Source: Thermoplasmatales archaeon (GTDB lineage Archaea > Thermoplasmatota > Thermoplasmata > Thermoplasmatales > Thermoplasmataceae). From it: 64,000 nucleotides of DNA. The first letter of the stretch is position 1, and every line of letters begins with the position of its first letter. The position numbers were made by a program, and so were the translations under genes. Positions 40,049-50,170 of this stretch are shown here, in pieces. The notes under the pieces were generated by a model, which saw nothing but the letters and a program-made list of their open reading frames with translations, ran no database searches and had not been told where the DNA came from. The stretch spans positions 224,001 through 288,000 of the forward strand of contig DAIDBH010000018.1 in NCBI GenBank assembly GCA_027310185.1, given 5' to 3'.

Positions 40049-40891
40049 TCACTTTCCTGTGTCACTTGGGGCATCCATGTTATTCCTCTGTTGTTGTATC
40101 TTTGCAAACTCGCTTATTCCAAAGTTACTCACACCGGCTGTAAGCGTATTTGCAGGAATCATCATCAAGGTACCCTTTCCTTCCAGTCCGATTTCATAAA
40201 GTATGTTCATCCATCTTAACTGAAGAGCTCCTGGATTATCCACATACATCTTGGATGCTTCTACCATCTTGCTTGCTGCTTCTACTTCTGCTAGGGCCAG
40301 AGTAACTCTGGACCTTCTTTCCCTCTCTGCTGAAGCCTGTCTTGACATTGCCTCCTGAAGTGATTGAGGAACAACAACATCCCTGATTTCTACCGAGGAA
40401 ACCTTGATCCCCCAGTGCTCGGTTTTCTCATCTATAATAGCCCTTGCACCTTCACCGACCTTTTCTCTTTCTGAAAGAATCTCGTCGAAGGAGTATTTAC
40501 CTATAACTTCTCTGAGGGTTGTCTGAGCTGATAGACTCGTTGCATTTGCAAAATTTTCTATGTTAAGAACAGCCTTCTGTGGATCTATGGCTTGGTAATA
40601 CATTATTGCATCACAGTTAACCGGTACATTATCGTTCGTGAATGTTGAGTCAGTCTTAAATGCAACTGCCTGTATTCTCAAACTTATGATAACTGGTATC
40701 TTGCTGATGAAAGGAGTTACATAAATAATTCCAGGTCCCTTAATTCCGGAAAACCTTCCCAGTGTTAACACCGGTGCCCTCTCCCACTCTCTTAATATGT
40801 GCAATCCAGATAGGATTATAAGCACTATTACTATCACAATAAATATCAAAAAATATTCTATAGCACTCATCAGGATATATATGCCTATCAT
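40049..40891 (-). CDS. SPFH/stomatin (band 7) family protein
   Basis: ILREWERA.V.TLGR...GPG, AQTTLREVIG, WGIKVSSVEIRDV, AMSRQASAERERR, ALQLR. Confidence 0.95.
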   Translation of the reverse strand: MIGIYILMSAIEYFLIFIVIVIVLIILSGLHILREWERAPVLTLGRFSGIKGPGIIYVTPFISKIPVIISLRIQAVAFKTDSTFTNDNVPVNCDAIMYYQAIDPQKAVLNIENFANATSLSAQTTLREVIGKYSFDEILSEREKVGEGARAIIDEKTEHWGIKVSSVEIRDVVVPQSLQEAMSRQASAERERRSRVTLALAEVEAASKMVEASKMYVDNPGALQLRWMNILYEIGLEGKGTLMMIPANTLTAGVSNFGISEFAKIQQQRNNMDAPSDTGK

Positions 40892-41280
40892 ACTAATTAA
40901 TTGTTTCTAAATTAATTTGGGTACATTTTACATTTATGCGGTAGCATGTAGGTAGCAACTCAATAGTTTTTAAAATAGTTTATTTTGCTAAACTTTAATT
41001 TTGAAACTTATTAAAATTTTTCAGGAGGTGTTTTTGTAGACTTAATCATAAAGGGAGTTAAAAATAGGTAACCAGTATTATTCTCAGTAAGGCAAAAAAT
41101 TTTAAAAATCAATAAGGTTCAGAATTGTCATGTTTTTTTGAAAAATGAGAAGATGTTAATGACAATGTCATGATAAAACTATTTTGCATACAGGTATTAT
41201 TAATCAATAATAGGAACAGAGAAGCGGAAGAAGAACTTATCTCTTAATTCGGCTTCCAGGATGCGACAGCAATAAGATCA

Positions 41281-41934
41281 TTGAAAAATGAAAATTGTTT
41301 TAGGAGAGAAGAAAATAAAGAAAAGGGATTCATGGAGATGCACAAGGTCGGTTCAAAGATCAGGAGTGGAGATTTCATTCATATAGCATTGAATACAAAT
41401 GAACGGTATTTCAGATATGCATTCAGCAAGATGGAATACATATTAGCCTATGAATATCTTGAGGAGCTGATGGAACGACTTTCTGTACATTCATACAGGA
41501 TAAGCGTTCCAAAAAATATCTATCGTGGTGAAGACAGGAATTTCAAGGAATATATCAATGAAAGAAGAAACATTTTCAGGGAGCGACCTCTTAATGACAT
41601 GGAAGAAAGTTTCATCGATCGATTCAGGCATTTTGAATTAGAGAAATACCCGGAAATTGAATCGGATCAAATGTCAATATGGAATCAGGAAAGTATTATG
41701 GAAATTATTAAGAAAGAAAAAAAGAACCACATATTGATAACAGGTTTTGATACTGATAACGAGATTTTTATAAACGCACTGAATGCCAGTGACATGGGGT
41801 TTGTACCTGTAATACTGTCAGATGGAGTGTCAGCACCATCAGAGAGAAACCATTTCAATGCTCTTGAATTAATGAGCAGGTTCACATATATGGTTGACAG
41901 CAGGGATATAATGCTCATGGCTGGTGATCTTTAA
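41281..41934 (+). CDS. Isochorismatase-fold protein lacking the catalytic Cys
   Basis: ILITGFDTDNEIFINALNASDMGF.PVILSDGVS matches the G..T..CV..TA.DA...G motif; start uncertain. Confidence 0.7.
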   Translation: MKNENCFRREENKEKGFMEMHKVGSKIRSGDFIHIALNTNERYFRYAFSKMEYILAYEYLEELMERLSVHSYRISVPKNIYRGEDRNFKEYINERRNIFRERPLNDMEESFIDRFRHFELEKYPEIESDQMSIWNQESIMEIIKKEKKNHILITGFDTDNEIFINALNASDMGFVPVILSDGVSAPSERNHFNALELMSRFTYMVDSRDIMLMAGDL

Positions 41935-42541
41935 TATGAATAAAGTGCCCATTATACTCATAGGGGGTATACCTGGGGTCGGAAAAACCAGTATATCTGG
42001 ATACATTGCAAGGCAAATGAACATTAATATAGTGATGTCAGGAGATTACATAAGGGAAATAATAAGGCCATTTGTCCCAGAAGATGACATACTCCAGTAT
42101 TCTGTTTATGATTCATGGAAGAAATATGGTGAAAACACAGAATTAAATGTAACAAAAGGATTCCTAAATCAGGGGAAATTGATAAACAGGGCAACATCTT
42201 CTTCCATAAAGAGGGCAATAAAAAATGGAGAGCCCATGATTATTGAAACCCTTTATTTCATTCCCGATCAGATCAGGGATGTGATTGGTGAAATAACCAG
42301 CCTTTACATTCACATCTCTGATTATGACACTCACGTCAAACGACTTAATGAAAGGGAAAAATACACGCACTTTGGATCACCTGGAAAAAGACTGTCCTCA
42401 AACCTGCAAAACTACAGAATTGTAATGAATGAATCAATGAGACAGTGTGAGAAATATAAGATCAGACTTTTTGACAATTTGGATTATGTCAGAACAAGGG
42501 GGCAAATTCTTGAATATGTTTCATCAAAAAATATGGAGTAA
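41924..42541 (+). CDS. 2-phosphoglycerate-kinase-like P-loop kinase, probable mevalonate-3-phosphate 5-kinase
   Basis: IILIGGIPGVGKTS, SGDYIRE, S.YDSW, IIE.LYF.P; no ATP-cone; likely start 41936. Confidence 0.7.
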   Translation: MIFNMNKVPIILIGGIPGVGKTSISGYIARQMNINIVMSGDYIREIIRPFVPEDDILQYSVYDSWKKYGENTELNVTKGFLNQGKLINRATSSSIKRAIKNGEPMIIETLYFIPDQIRDVIGEITSLYIHISDYDTHVKRLNEREKYTHFGSPGKRLSSNLQNYRIVMNESMRQCEKYKIRLFDNLDYVRTRGQILEYVSSKNME

Positions 42542-42648
42542 ATTGGGCAACAACCATTAACAACGTAGATGCTGATCCTTATTTTCCTCATCAGTAATGA
42601 TTGGTCTGTTTTGCAAAATTAATTTATGCTTTAATCACATTGTAAACT

Positions 42649-43974
42649 ATGTCAATTGAAACAGTTAATCCATATTCAATGAGCAAGCTTGGAAAATATG
42701 AAGAAGACGATGAAGAGACGGTGAAGAAAACTTTTGAAAGCGTGAATAGGGAACAGGAAACCTGGAAAAAAAGTATTGATGACAGAATTCAGTTCCTGAA
42801 AAATGAAGTAATTCCAAGATTCAGGAAGGAAAAAGAAAGCCTTGCAAGAATAATGTCATCTGAAATGGGTAAACCAATTACACAGAGCAGGGCAGAAATA
42901 GACAAGTGTATCATGATGACAGAATATTTCTGCAAAGAAGGGAAGAACTTTCTCTCAGATAATGTGATTGAAACTGAGGCAAGCAGAAGTTTTGTTAGGT
43001 TTGAACCACTGGGAACGATCTTCCTGGTTATGCCGTGGAACTTTCCCTTATGGCAGGCTATGAGGGCCGCTATTCCCGCTATGGTAGCTGGAAATGGCAT
43101 TGTATTGAAGCATGCTTCCATAGTAACGGGAAGTGCCAAAAAGATGGAGGAAATATTTGGTACTCCACTTTTCAGGGTCGTAAAGGTTTCAGGATCAAAG
43201 GCACTGGCAGCAATCAAGTACTCTGATGGTGTTTCATTCACAGGTTCGGAGATGGCCGGCATGGCAATAGCTTCTGAAGCTGGAAAAAACATAAAGAAAT
43301 CCGTTCTTGAATTGGGTGGATCTGATCCATTTGTGGTTCTTGATGATGCAAATCTTGAAGAGACTGCAAGGCAAAGTACATATGCAAGATTGCAGAACAA
43401 TGGTCAGAGTTGCATAGCTTCAAAGCGGTTTATTGTAAGCAAGAAGATTTCAGAAAATTTCTATGAACTTATGAGGGAAAATTTTGAGAAGGTAACGCTG
43501 GGAGACCAGCTGGATGACAAGACATTCATAGGCCCGCTTTCGTCAGCATCACAGGCTGAAACTGTAAGGAAGCAGATAGAACAGTTGAACAGCCTTGGCA
43601 AGCTTCAGATGTTTGGTGAACAGCACGGTAATGTCATCCCTCCTACTATTGTACAGACCGAGGCGAACTATTCAGAAGAGGTCTTTGGACCTGTAGCTAT
43701 CTTCAAGACATTCGAGACGCTGGAAGAAGCGGCAAAAATATGCAATGAAACTGGATTCGGACTTGGCGCTTCCATATGGGGCAGTGTTGATCAGGCCGAG
43801 AAGGTAATACCACTTATAAGATCTGGAATGGTATATGTAAACAAGGTTGTAGCATCTGATCCAAGACTGCCATTTGGAGGAGTAGGAAAGAGTGGATACG
43901 GAAGAGAACTGTCCAAATTTGGGATACTTGAGTTCACGAACTTTAGGACAGTCTGGATTCAGGAAAAACCGTGA
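42649..43974 (+). CDS. NAD(P)-dependent succinate-semialdehyde dehydrogenase-like aldehyde dehydrogenase
   Basis: VMPWNFPLWQ, FTGSE, LELGGSDPF, QNNGQSCIASKRF, EEVFGP, SDPRLPFGG. Confidence 0.9.
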   Translation: MSIETVNPYSMSKLGKYEEDDEETVKKTFESVNREQETWKKSIDDRIQFLKNEVIPRFRKEKESLARIMSSEMGKPITQSRAEIDKCIMMTEYFCKEGKNFLSDNVIETEASRSFVRFEPLGTIFLVMPWNFPLWQAMRAAIPAMVAGNGIVLKHASIVTGSAKKMEEIFGTPLFRVVKVSGSKALAAIKYSDGVSFTGSEMAGMAIASEAGKNIKKSVLELGGSDPFVVLDDANLEETARQSTYARLQNNGQSCIASKRFIVSKKISENFYELMRENFEKVTLGDQLDDKTFIGPLSSASQAETVRKQIEQLNSLGKLQMFGEQHGNVIPPTIVQTEANYSEEVFGPVAIFKTFETLEEAAKICNETGFGLGASIWGSVDQAEKVIPLIRSGMVYVNKVVASDPRLPFGGVGKSGYGRELSKFGILEFTNFRTVWIQEKP

Positions 43975-44045
43975 AGTAATTATCCGGACTTGCTTTTTTA
44001 CATGTTTTCTCAAAAGTTTTAAACCTTTCAACACTATGTAATATC

Positions 44046-45623
44046 ATGAAAGGCAGTGATCTTTTTACGAAGGCCCTGTTAAATGAACATGTAGAGCACA
44101 TATTTGGGTTACCGGGCGAAGAAAATATAGACTTACTGGACTCAATTTCGAATACAAACATTGACTTTATAGTTACCAGGCATGAGCAGGGAGCAGCGTT
44201 TATGGCAGATGCCTACGCCAGGGTCAGGAAAACTCCCGGCGTCTGTCTGTCAACCCTAGGCCCTGGGGCAACAAACCTTCTCACTGGTGTTGCCAATGCC
44301 CATCTTGACAAGGTGCCCGTTGTAGCCATAACGGCACAGGCATCAAGGGACAGGCTCCACAAGGAATCCCATCAGAATGTTGACACCATTGCTCTTTTCT
44401 CTGGCATAACTAAATACAACAGGTCTGTAATAGTACCTGATAGTATACCAGAGATCGTGAGAAAGGCATTCAGCATTTCAATGAAGGAACAGCCAGGGGC
44501 ATCACACATACAGTTGCCAGAGGATATTGGCTCAATGGAGACAGATGAAGTGAGGATGATTCCCATTCCTAATGAGGCCATTTATGAAGCAAATGGTAGC
44601 ATAGTAAAAAAGGCTGCAAAACTCATCAATCTAGCAAAGAATCCTATAATCCTTGCCGGAAATGGAGTGGTTCGTTCAAGATCATGGGATATGGTACGGA
44701 AATTTGTTGAGGTCTCAGGTATACCAATAGTGAGCACCTTCATGGCAAAAGGGATACTTCCATATGACGATCCAAACAATCTCTTCATAGTTGGTGGCAG
44801 GCCATTTCCAATCGAACTAAGGCCATTGATTCATTCAGATCTTGTCATAGCAATTGGTTTTGATATGGTAGAATATGACCCAATAATATGGAATGAGGAT
44901 TCTTCAAGAAGTGTAATAAATGTCGCCACAACAGTGGCAGAAACGGATGAACACTTTCCAGTTGCATTCGATCTTGTTGGCAATATAAATATTACACTGG
45001 ACCTGTTATTGAGAAACGTTGAAAAGAGGCCATTAACAAAGGAATTCATGGAAATACGAAGGAGAAGAAAAGAGTTCTTTGAATCTCCGGGAACAGGAAA
45101 GGAAATTATACCTAAGTCTGTTATCAAGGTTCTGTCCCAGAACAACCACGAAAATACTCTTGTAATATCAGATGTTGGGCTGCATAAGGTCTGGATGAGC
45201 AGGTATTACCAGCCGAAATTCCCGGATCGTACAATCATATACAATGGATTTGCATCAATGGGTGGGTCCCTTCCTGGAAGCATCGGTGCCATCAAGGCCA
45301 ACCCTGATCTTGATGTGATCGCTGTTATGGGGGATGGTGGATTTCTGATGAATGTACAGGAACTGGAAACGGCATACAGGCTAGGTCTTTCATTTACTGC
45401 AATTGTTTTCAATGACAGAACATACAGTCTTATAGAAAAACACCAGGAAGATCATAACCTGAGTCCGAAATATATTCATTTCACAAATCCGGACTTCGAT
45501 CTTCTGGCAAAAAGTTTTCATTCTGAATATTTCTATGCCGATGAAGCAAAAGGATTCGAGGAAGCGCTTAAGGAATCCAGGAGGTCAGAAGGTGTCAAGA
45601 TCATAGAGGTTAAGATCAACTGA
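44046..45623 (+). CDS. ThDP-dependent enzyme, acetolactate-synthase-like (2-oxoglutarate decarboxylase subfamily candidate)
   Basis: FGLPGEEN, RHEQGAAFMAD, STLGPGATN, HKESHQ, DVG.HK.W, GDGGFLMN.QELETA. Confidence 0.88.
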   Translation: MKGSDLFTKALLNEHVEHIFGLPGEENIDLLDSISNTNIDFIVTRHEQGAAFMADAYARVRKTPGVCLSTLGPGATNLLTGVANAHLDKVPVVAITAQASRDRLHKESHQNVDTIALFSGITKYNRSVIVPDSIPEIVRKAFSISMKEQPGASHIQLPEDIGSMETDEVRMIPIPNEAIYEANGSIVKKAAKLINLAKNPIILAGNGVVRSRSWDMVRKFVEVSGIPIVSTFMAKGILPYDDPNNLFIVGGRPFPIELRPLIHSDLVIAIGFDMVEYDPIIWNEDSSRSVINVATTVAETDEHFPVAFDLVGNINITLDLLLRNVEKRPLTKEFMEIRRRRKEFFESPGTGKEIIPKSVIKVLSQNNHENTLVISDVGLHKVWMSRYYQPKFPDRTIIYNGFASMGGSLPGSIGAIKANPDLDVIAVMGDGGFLMNVQELETAYRLGLSFTAIVFNDRTYSLIEKHQEDHNLSPKYIHFTNPDFDLLAKSFHSEYFYADEAKGFEEALKESRRSEGVKIIEVKIN

Positions 45624-45891
45624 ACTCCTCATGAATCTTTTCTACTGAGATTCCAATTAGAAGATATTCCGGGAAACCTGTTATAAATTAAACAGGATTT
45701 AGTTCAATGTCGCACATTAAACTATGCAAAGTCATCATGCTTAAGGTAGATGCTCAATGAGGCAATATTGCATCCAATTTATCCAAACTCAGACTGCAAG
45801 TAAAAACTCGAAACATTAAAGAAAAAACAGAATTTCTCATAGTTGCATAACATTCCTACAAAAGTGAAAATTAAGGCCTTATTCTATAAAC

Positions 45892-46830
45892 TCATCTCAT
45901 TCTTATCTTGATCAATCTCCTTATTCTGTTACCTTTCAGTTTCTGCCTAACGATGCCATACTGGCAGAGCAGTATTGAAATAATTATCAGGAATCCTCCA
46001 AAATACTGGAAATCTCCAAGATATTGATTCAGGAAGATCGATGAGCCTACAGATGCAGATATTGGTTCCATCGTACCACTCAATGCTGCTGAGGAAGCGC
46101 TTATCTTCCTCATTCCATATGAGTACAAAGTGAAGGCAAGCAGAGTTCCAACTACAGAAACAAAGAGGATCAGAAAGATAGCAAGGGGGATCGCTCCTGG
46201 ACTCAGGGATTTTGCAAAGTTGAAAATTGGTTCAATGCCAGTTGGTATACTCACTAGAGCCGCAAAAAAGAATCCCCAGGAAACTACTGCTATGGAACCG
46301 TATTTTCTTACCAGTGGAGATGAGATTACTGTATATACAGCTGCACTCAATGCACATATCAATCCTACAATCAATGCTGCAAGCGAGATTCTGAGTGTTG
46401 AATCTGGATTAATCGAAACAGTCAGGAAAACTATTCCTGTCAGTGATAAGATCAATCCCACAAGTAGAGGAAATGAAAATCTTATCCTCCTCATTGTGAG
46501 TTCAAAAATCACGACCATCGGAAAATATAAGAACTGAAGGAATGTCGCCGTTGGAGCGTTTGAAAGATTAATTGTCTCCAGGTATGACAGTTGAAGAATG
46601 AAGGTTGTTGATACATAAAGTGCGAATAGTTTTAAATTGCTTCTGGGCAGTTTGGGCCTGAATATTATAAGCATGAGAATACTTGAAATGATCAGACGGA
46701 TGGAAAGAAGTGCAAAGGGATTCATTCCAAGCACTTCAAAGAGGGCACTGGAGGCAGTACCTGACAACCCCCATAATGTAGAGCCTGTGATCGAAACCAA
46801 GAAGGGCTTTAAAGATCCTTTATCTTCCAA
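45892..46830 (-). CDS. EamA/DMT family transporter
   Basis: LWGLSG, ATFLQFL.P, two repeats, GTLLAF.LY, EPISA; 10 TM. Confidence 0.92.
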   Translation of the reverse strand: MEDKGSLKPFLVSITGSTLWGLSGTASSALFEVLGMNPFALLSIRLIISSILMLIIFRPKLPRSNLKLFALYVSTTFILQLSYLETINLSNAPTATFLQFLYFPMVVIFELTMRRIRFSFPLLVGLILSLTGIVFLTVSINPDSTLRISLAALIVGLICALSAAVYTVISSPLVRKYGSIAVVSWGFFFAALVSIPTGIEPIFNFAKSLSPGAIPLAIFLILFVSVVGTLLAFTLYSYGMRKISASSAALSGTMEPISASVGSSIFLNQYLGDFQYFGGFLIIISILLCQYGIVRQKLKGNRIRRLIKIRMR

Positions 46831-46975
46831 ATTTACTTCTTGGTTATTTTTTTCTGGAATATAAATCCATTATAAATAGTATGTACTGGAATCCAGCCAT
46901 AAGAACCACACTGTGCTCTGGCAAATAATGGAACTAGAGGATTAATATTATTAACATTCAAATGATAACACAATA

Positions 46976-47140
46976 ATGCCTTCTGGTACAGAAAAGACAT
47001 GTGGAATATGTGGAAGTAAATTTATTTGCGGTACAATGGGTGGTTGCTGGTGCACAAATGTAAAGGTAACACCAGGGAAGAAACATTTAATTTCCCGTTT
47101 GACAGATGAATGTGTATGTCCAGAATGTCTGAAAGGTTAG
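46976..47140 (+). CDS. Cysteine-rich CWC family small protein, 54 aa, missing from the ORF track
   Basis: MPSGTEKTCGICGSKFICGTMGGCWC...DECVCPECLKG*. Confidence 0.85.
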   Translation: MPSGTEKTCGICGSKFICGTMGGCWCTNVKVTPGKKHLISRLTDECVCPECLKG

Positions 47141-47191
47141 GGCAATTCATATTGCAATGAGAGAAAAATTAATTATACTTTTCTCTATAAA

Positions 47192-47767
47192 TTGCAGGTA
47201 ATGGACAGAGAAGAACAATTCACCTTAAAGGCATCCCTTTCTTATGGACTTCCACTTCTTATCATTCCACCAATTTTGCTTGTCATCATATTAGTGTCTA
47301 AAAACTTCTATTTTCTTGAATATTTTCACGTAATTTCAGGTTCAGCCTGGACAGGAGTGGATCTTGTAATGGGACTGTTCTTTTCTTTCATAATGAGAGG
47401 TCTAAATCCTCAGCAGAGAAGTGAAGTATCCAAGAGACTGATTCCGGTTATGCTGTTCTTCATGCCAGCAATATCAACAGTTACCATAACTGCTGGTATA
47501 TACACAGCAATATCGCTGAACATAAGCTTCTTCAACATCTATTTTGTAATAGTCGCTGTACTGGCAATTGCACTTATGGTACAGGGTCTTTTAATTTTCC
47601 TCCCAAACGAGGTCAGAATTTATTTGGAAATTCTAAGGGGTGGAAAAAACGTGGAAAAAATTGTTAGGCTAACAATGTTCAATCTTAAACTATCCCTTCT
47701 TCAGTTGATTTTCCAGATTGTTATTATACTTTTCATGGCAAAATTCGCAACAGGAGGCGCATTATGA
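47192..47767 (+). CDS. Membrane protein with conserved His (HV.SG..WTG.D), paralog A
   Basis: 5 TM; shares motifs with the next gene; likely start 47201. Confidence 0.8.
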   Translation: MQVMDREEQFTLKASLSYGLPLLIIPPILLVIILVSKNFYFLEYFHVISGSAWTGVDLVMGLFFSFIMRGLNPQQRSEVSKRLIPVMLFFMPAISTVTITAGIYTAISLNISFFNIYFVIVAVLAIALMVQGLLIFLPNEVRIYLEILRGGKNVEKIVRLTMFNLKLSLLQLIFQIVIILFMAKFATGGAL

Positions 47768-48324
47768 ATATAATTGAGGCACTTAAAAAACAGAGGTTCG
47801 CAAGTGGTATGATTATAGTACCATGGGCTAGCTTCATAATATTCCTCACGAGCGGGAATCTATTGCTACTGGATTATATTCATGTTCTTACTGGAGCAAT
47901 ATGGACAGGTACAGATGTCTTTCTTGGCCTTATATTCAGTAGAGTGGTCAAAACGCTTGATAACAGGACAAAATACGATATATCGCAGAGAATACTCCCA
48001 ATGACCCTTTATTTCATACCTTCTGTAACAATTTTAACCCCTATGGCAGGGATTTTTTTAGCCATAAAAGAAAACGCATTCAAGGGGCTACCAATTGGGT
48101 TTATAGTTTCACTGTTTGTAATAGGAATAATCCTTGTTTTAATAAGTTACATATTCATTCTTCCTGCATCATTGAAGCTAAAAAAACTTGAAGAAGAAAA
48201 AGAAGAGGAGGAGAAATACTCAAAGTCTTCGATTCAGCTAAATAAACTGACAATGTATGGCGCTATACAACTATTGTTCCAAATAATTATAATAGGTTTT
48301 ATGGCTTATTTTGTTGTTCTATAG
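47764..48324 (+). CDS. Membrane protein with conserved His (HV.TG..WTG.D), paralog B
   Basis: ATGA overlap with paralog A; shared RL.P....F.P and QL.FQI.II.FMA. Confidence 0.8.
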   Translation: MNIIEALKKQRFASGMIIVPWASFIIFLTSGNLLLLDYIHVLTGAIWTGTDVFLGLIFSRVVKTLDNRTKYDISQRILPMTLYFIPSVTILTPMAGIFLAIKENAFKGLPIGFIVSLFVIGIILVLISYIFILPASLKLKKLEEEKEEEEKYSKSSIQLNKLTMYGAIQLLFQIIIIGFMAYFVVL

Positions 48325-49174
48325 ATAGTATAATAGAGATTAGCACGAACAATTGAATACATAGTGGAAGTTTTTCAAAGCGATAGCATTCAATTTAACC
48401 AAAAATTATAGGTGTCAAAGGTAATAATATGCATAACCCTGATGTGGTTATAAGGTTAATTCAAGTTAAAAGTGGTTATTATGAAGCGTTTAAACGCAGA
48501 CTGAATCATCATATACTAAAATTATATACGAGAAAGTTTTACACTTTTTTCTACTAAGTTTATGAACGGAATCTGCAATATAAATAAAGATGTAATAGCA
48601 ATTGATTCTTTATCCTTACACATTAAGAATTTTATCAGTGGCTATAATCATTTTCGTTTTCCTTTTCGGCTCATTAAAGGGTTTCTATTATGCAATGAGG
48701 TATGTGACTTCAGGTTCATGGTAAAGGAAATGGGGTCTCAGTTCTTGTGCGATATTAGTTATTGAAGGGATGATCATAATACCATTCTTTTTTGCAACAA
48801 ATTTTCGGGGGAATACATGAGATCTAGGAAATTCCATGGTGACTTCATGTCTGCAATTATGAGAGTACCTCCCAAGTGAGTGAAATCTAACTGGAACAAA
48901 TAAGGAGTAAAAAATTTTCCTCACTTTCTATATTACTATCTTAAACCATTCAGCTTAAGTTGCTTAATTCGCGAATAAGTAAAAATCAATTACTCTATGG
49001 ATTTTTGTGTCCAAACACAATAATCGTCACGAAAATATGGATTGTGGGAAATGAGATTCCTCGAAAATAATCTGGATAAAAGTGTGAAATCTTATCCATT
49101 TCAGAATATCAAAAGACCACGTCAACAACCAATATTTTCCAAAACACATTTATAAAAAGTTAAAATGACCCCCT

Positions 49175-50170
49175 ATGTTATTCGGAAGTCCTCTGGCTGA
49201 ATTTTTAGTCATAGTGCTGGGGGGTATAATTGCAGGTGTGATAGGCTCCCTGACTGGCCTGGGAGGTGGATCTGTTCTTGTTCCGATTTTAACTCTATTT
49301 TATGGCGTGCCAATAGATTTTGCCATAGGTGCGAGTTTAATATCAACAATTGCAACTTCTGCTGGGTCTGCCAGTACGTATACAAAGAAAGGGATTGCAA
49401 ATATTAAAATTGGTGTCGGTCTGGAAGTGGCTACAACTCTTGGGGCAGTAGTGGGTGCATTAACATTTATTTTGGTGACAAGGGAGGACCTGGAATGGGT
49501 TTTATACCTGCTATTTGGAATCGTTCTCCTAACTTCACTCATTCCTACAATACAGAGAGGAAAGTACGAATTTCCAGAAGCTAAAATGCCTGATTTTACA
49601 AGCAGGGCGTTTCAACTAACTGGAAAATATCACGATGACAGAGCAAAGAAGACTGTCACATATACAGGTGTAAGATGGTGGCTGGGAGAAATAATTATGT
49701 TCTTTGCAGGTCTTCTATCTGGTCTACTTGGAATAGGCAGCGGTGCACTCAAGGTTCTCGGAATGGATTGGGCAATGAACCTGCCTATGAAAGTAACTAC
49801 AACAACAAGTAACTTCATGATTGGGATAACAGCTGCCACAGGAAGCAGCATTTACTGGTACGCTGGCTACATTAGCTTCTTCCTGGCTGCGGCAACTGCA
49901 ATTGGAGTAGTAGTTGGCTCAAGAGTTGGGTCACACGTATTGATGAGGATCTCAAACAAAGAAATAAGATGGATATTCTTCGCAATACTTTCATTCCTCG
50001 GAATAGACATGTTATTCAAAGGCTTGAGACAGGGAAAAATATATCATCTATCCAGCTTATATTCATTTTCAATTGCCATAAGCGCATCGATTGTTTTGAT
50101 TCTTTTATTATTCTTATACACAAACAGGGGGGTGAAATCAAGTGGAGGAGATATCTCAAAAGCTAATTGA
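49175..50170 (+). CDS. Sulfite exporter TauE/SafE (TSUP) family protein
   Basis: GSLTGLGGG..LVP, AIGASL...IATS, SGLLGIGSG, TSNFMIG.TAA. Confidence 0.92.
   Translation: MLFGSPLAEFLVIVLGGIIAGVIGSLTGLGGGSVLVPILTLFYGVPIDFAIGASLISTIATSAGSASTYTKKGIANIKIGVGLEVATTLGAVVGALTFILVTREDLEWVLYLLFGIVLLTSLIPTIQRGKYEFPEAKMPDFTSRAFQLTGKYHDDRAKKTVTYTGVRWWLGEIIMFFAGLLSGLLGIGSGALKVLGMDWAMNLPMKVTTTTSNFMIGITAATGSSIYWYAGYISFFLAAATAIGVVVGSRVGSHVLMRISNKEIRWIFFAILSFLGIDMLFKGLRQGKIYHLSSLYSFSIAISASIVLILLLFLYTNRGVKSSGGDISKAN

Noticed and set aside
48562-48924. ORFs 48562-48765 and 48688-48924; a GGTLIIADM methyltransferase-like peptide in another minus frame
   Set aside because: A single short motif among stop codons is too weak to call even a pseudogene.
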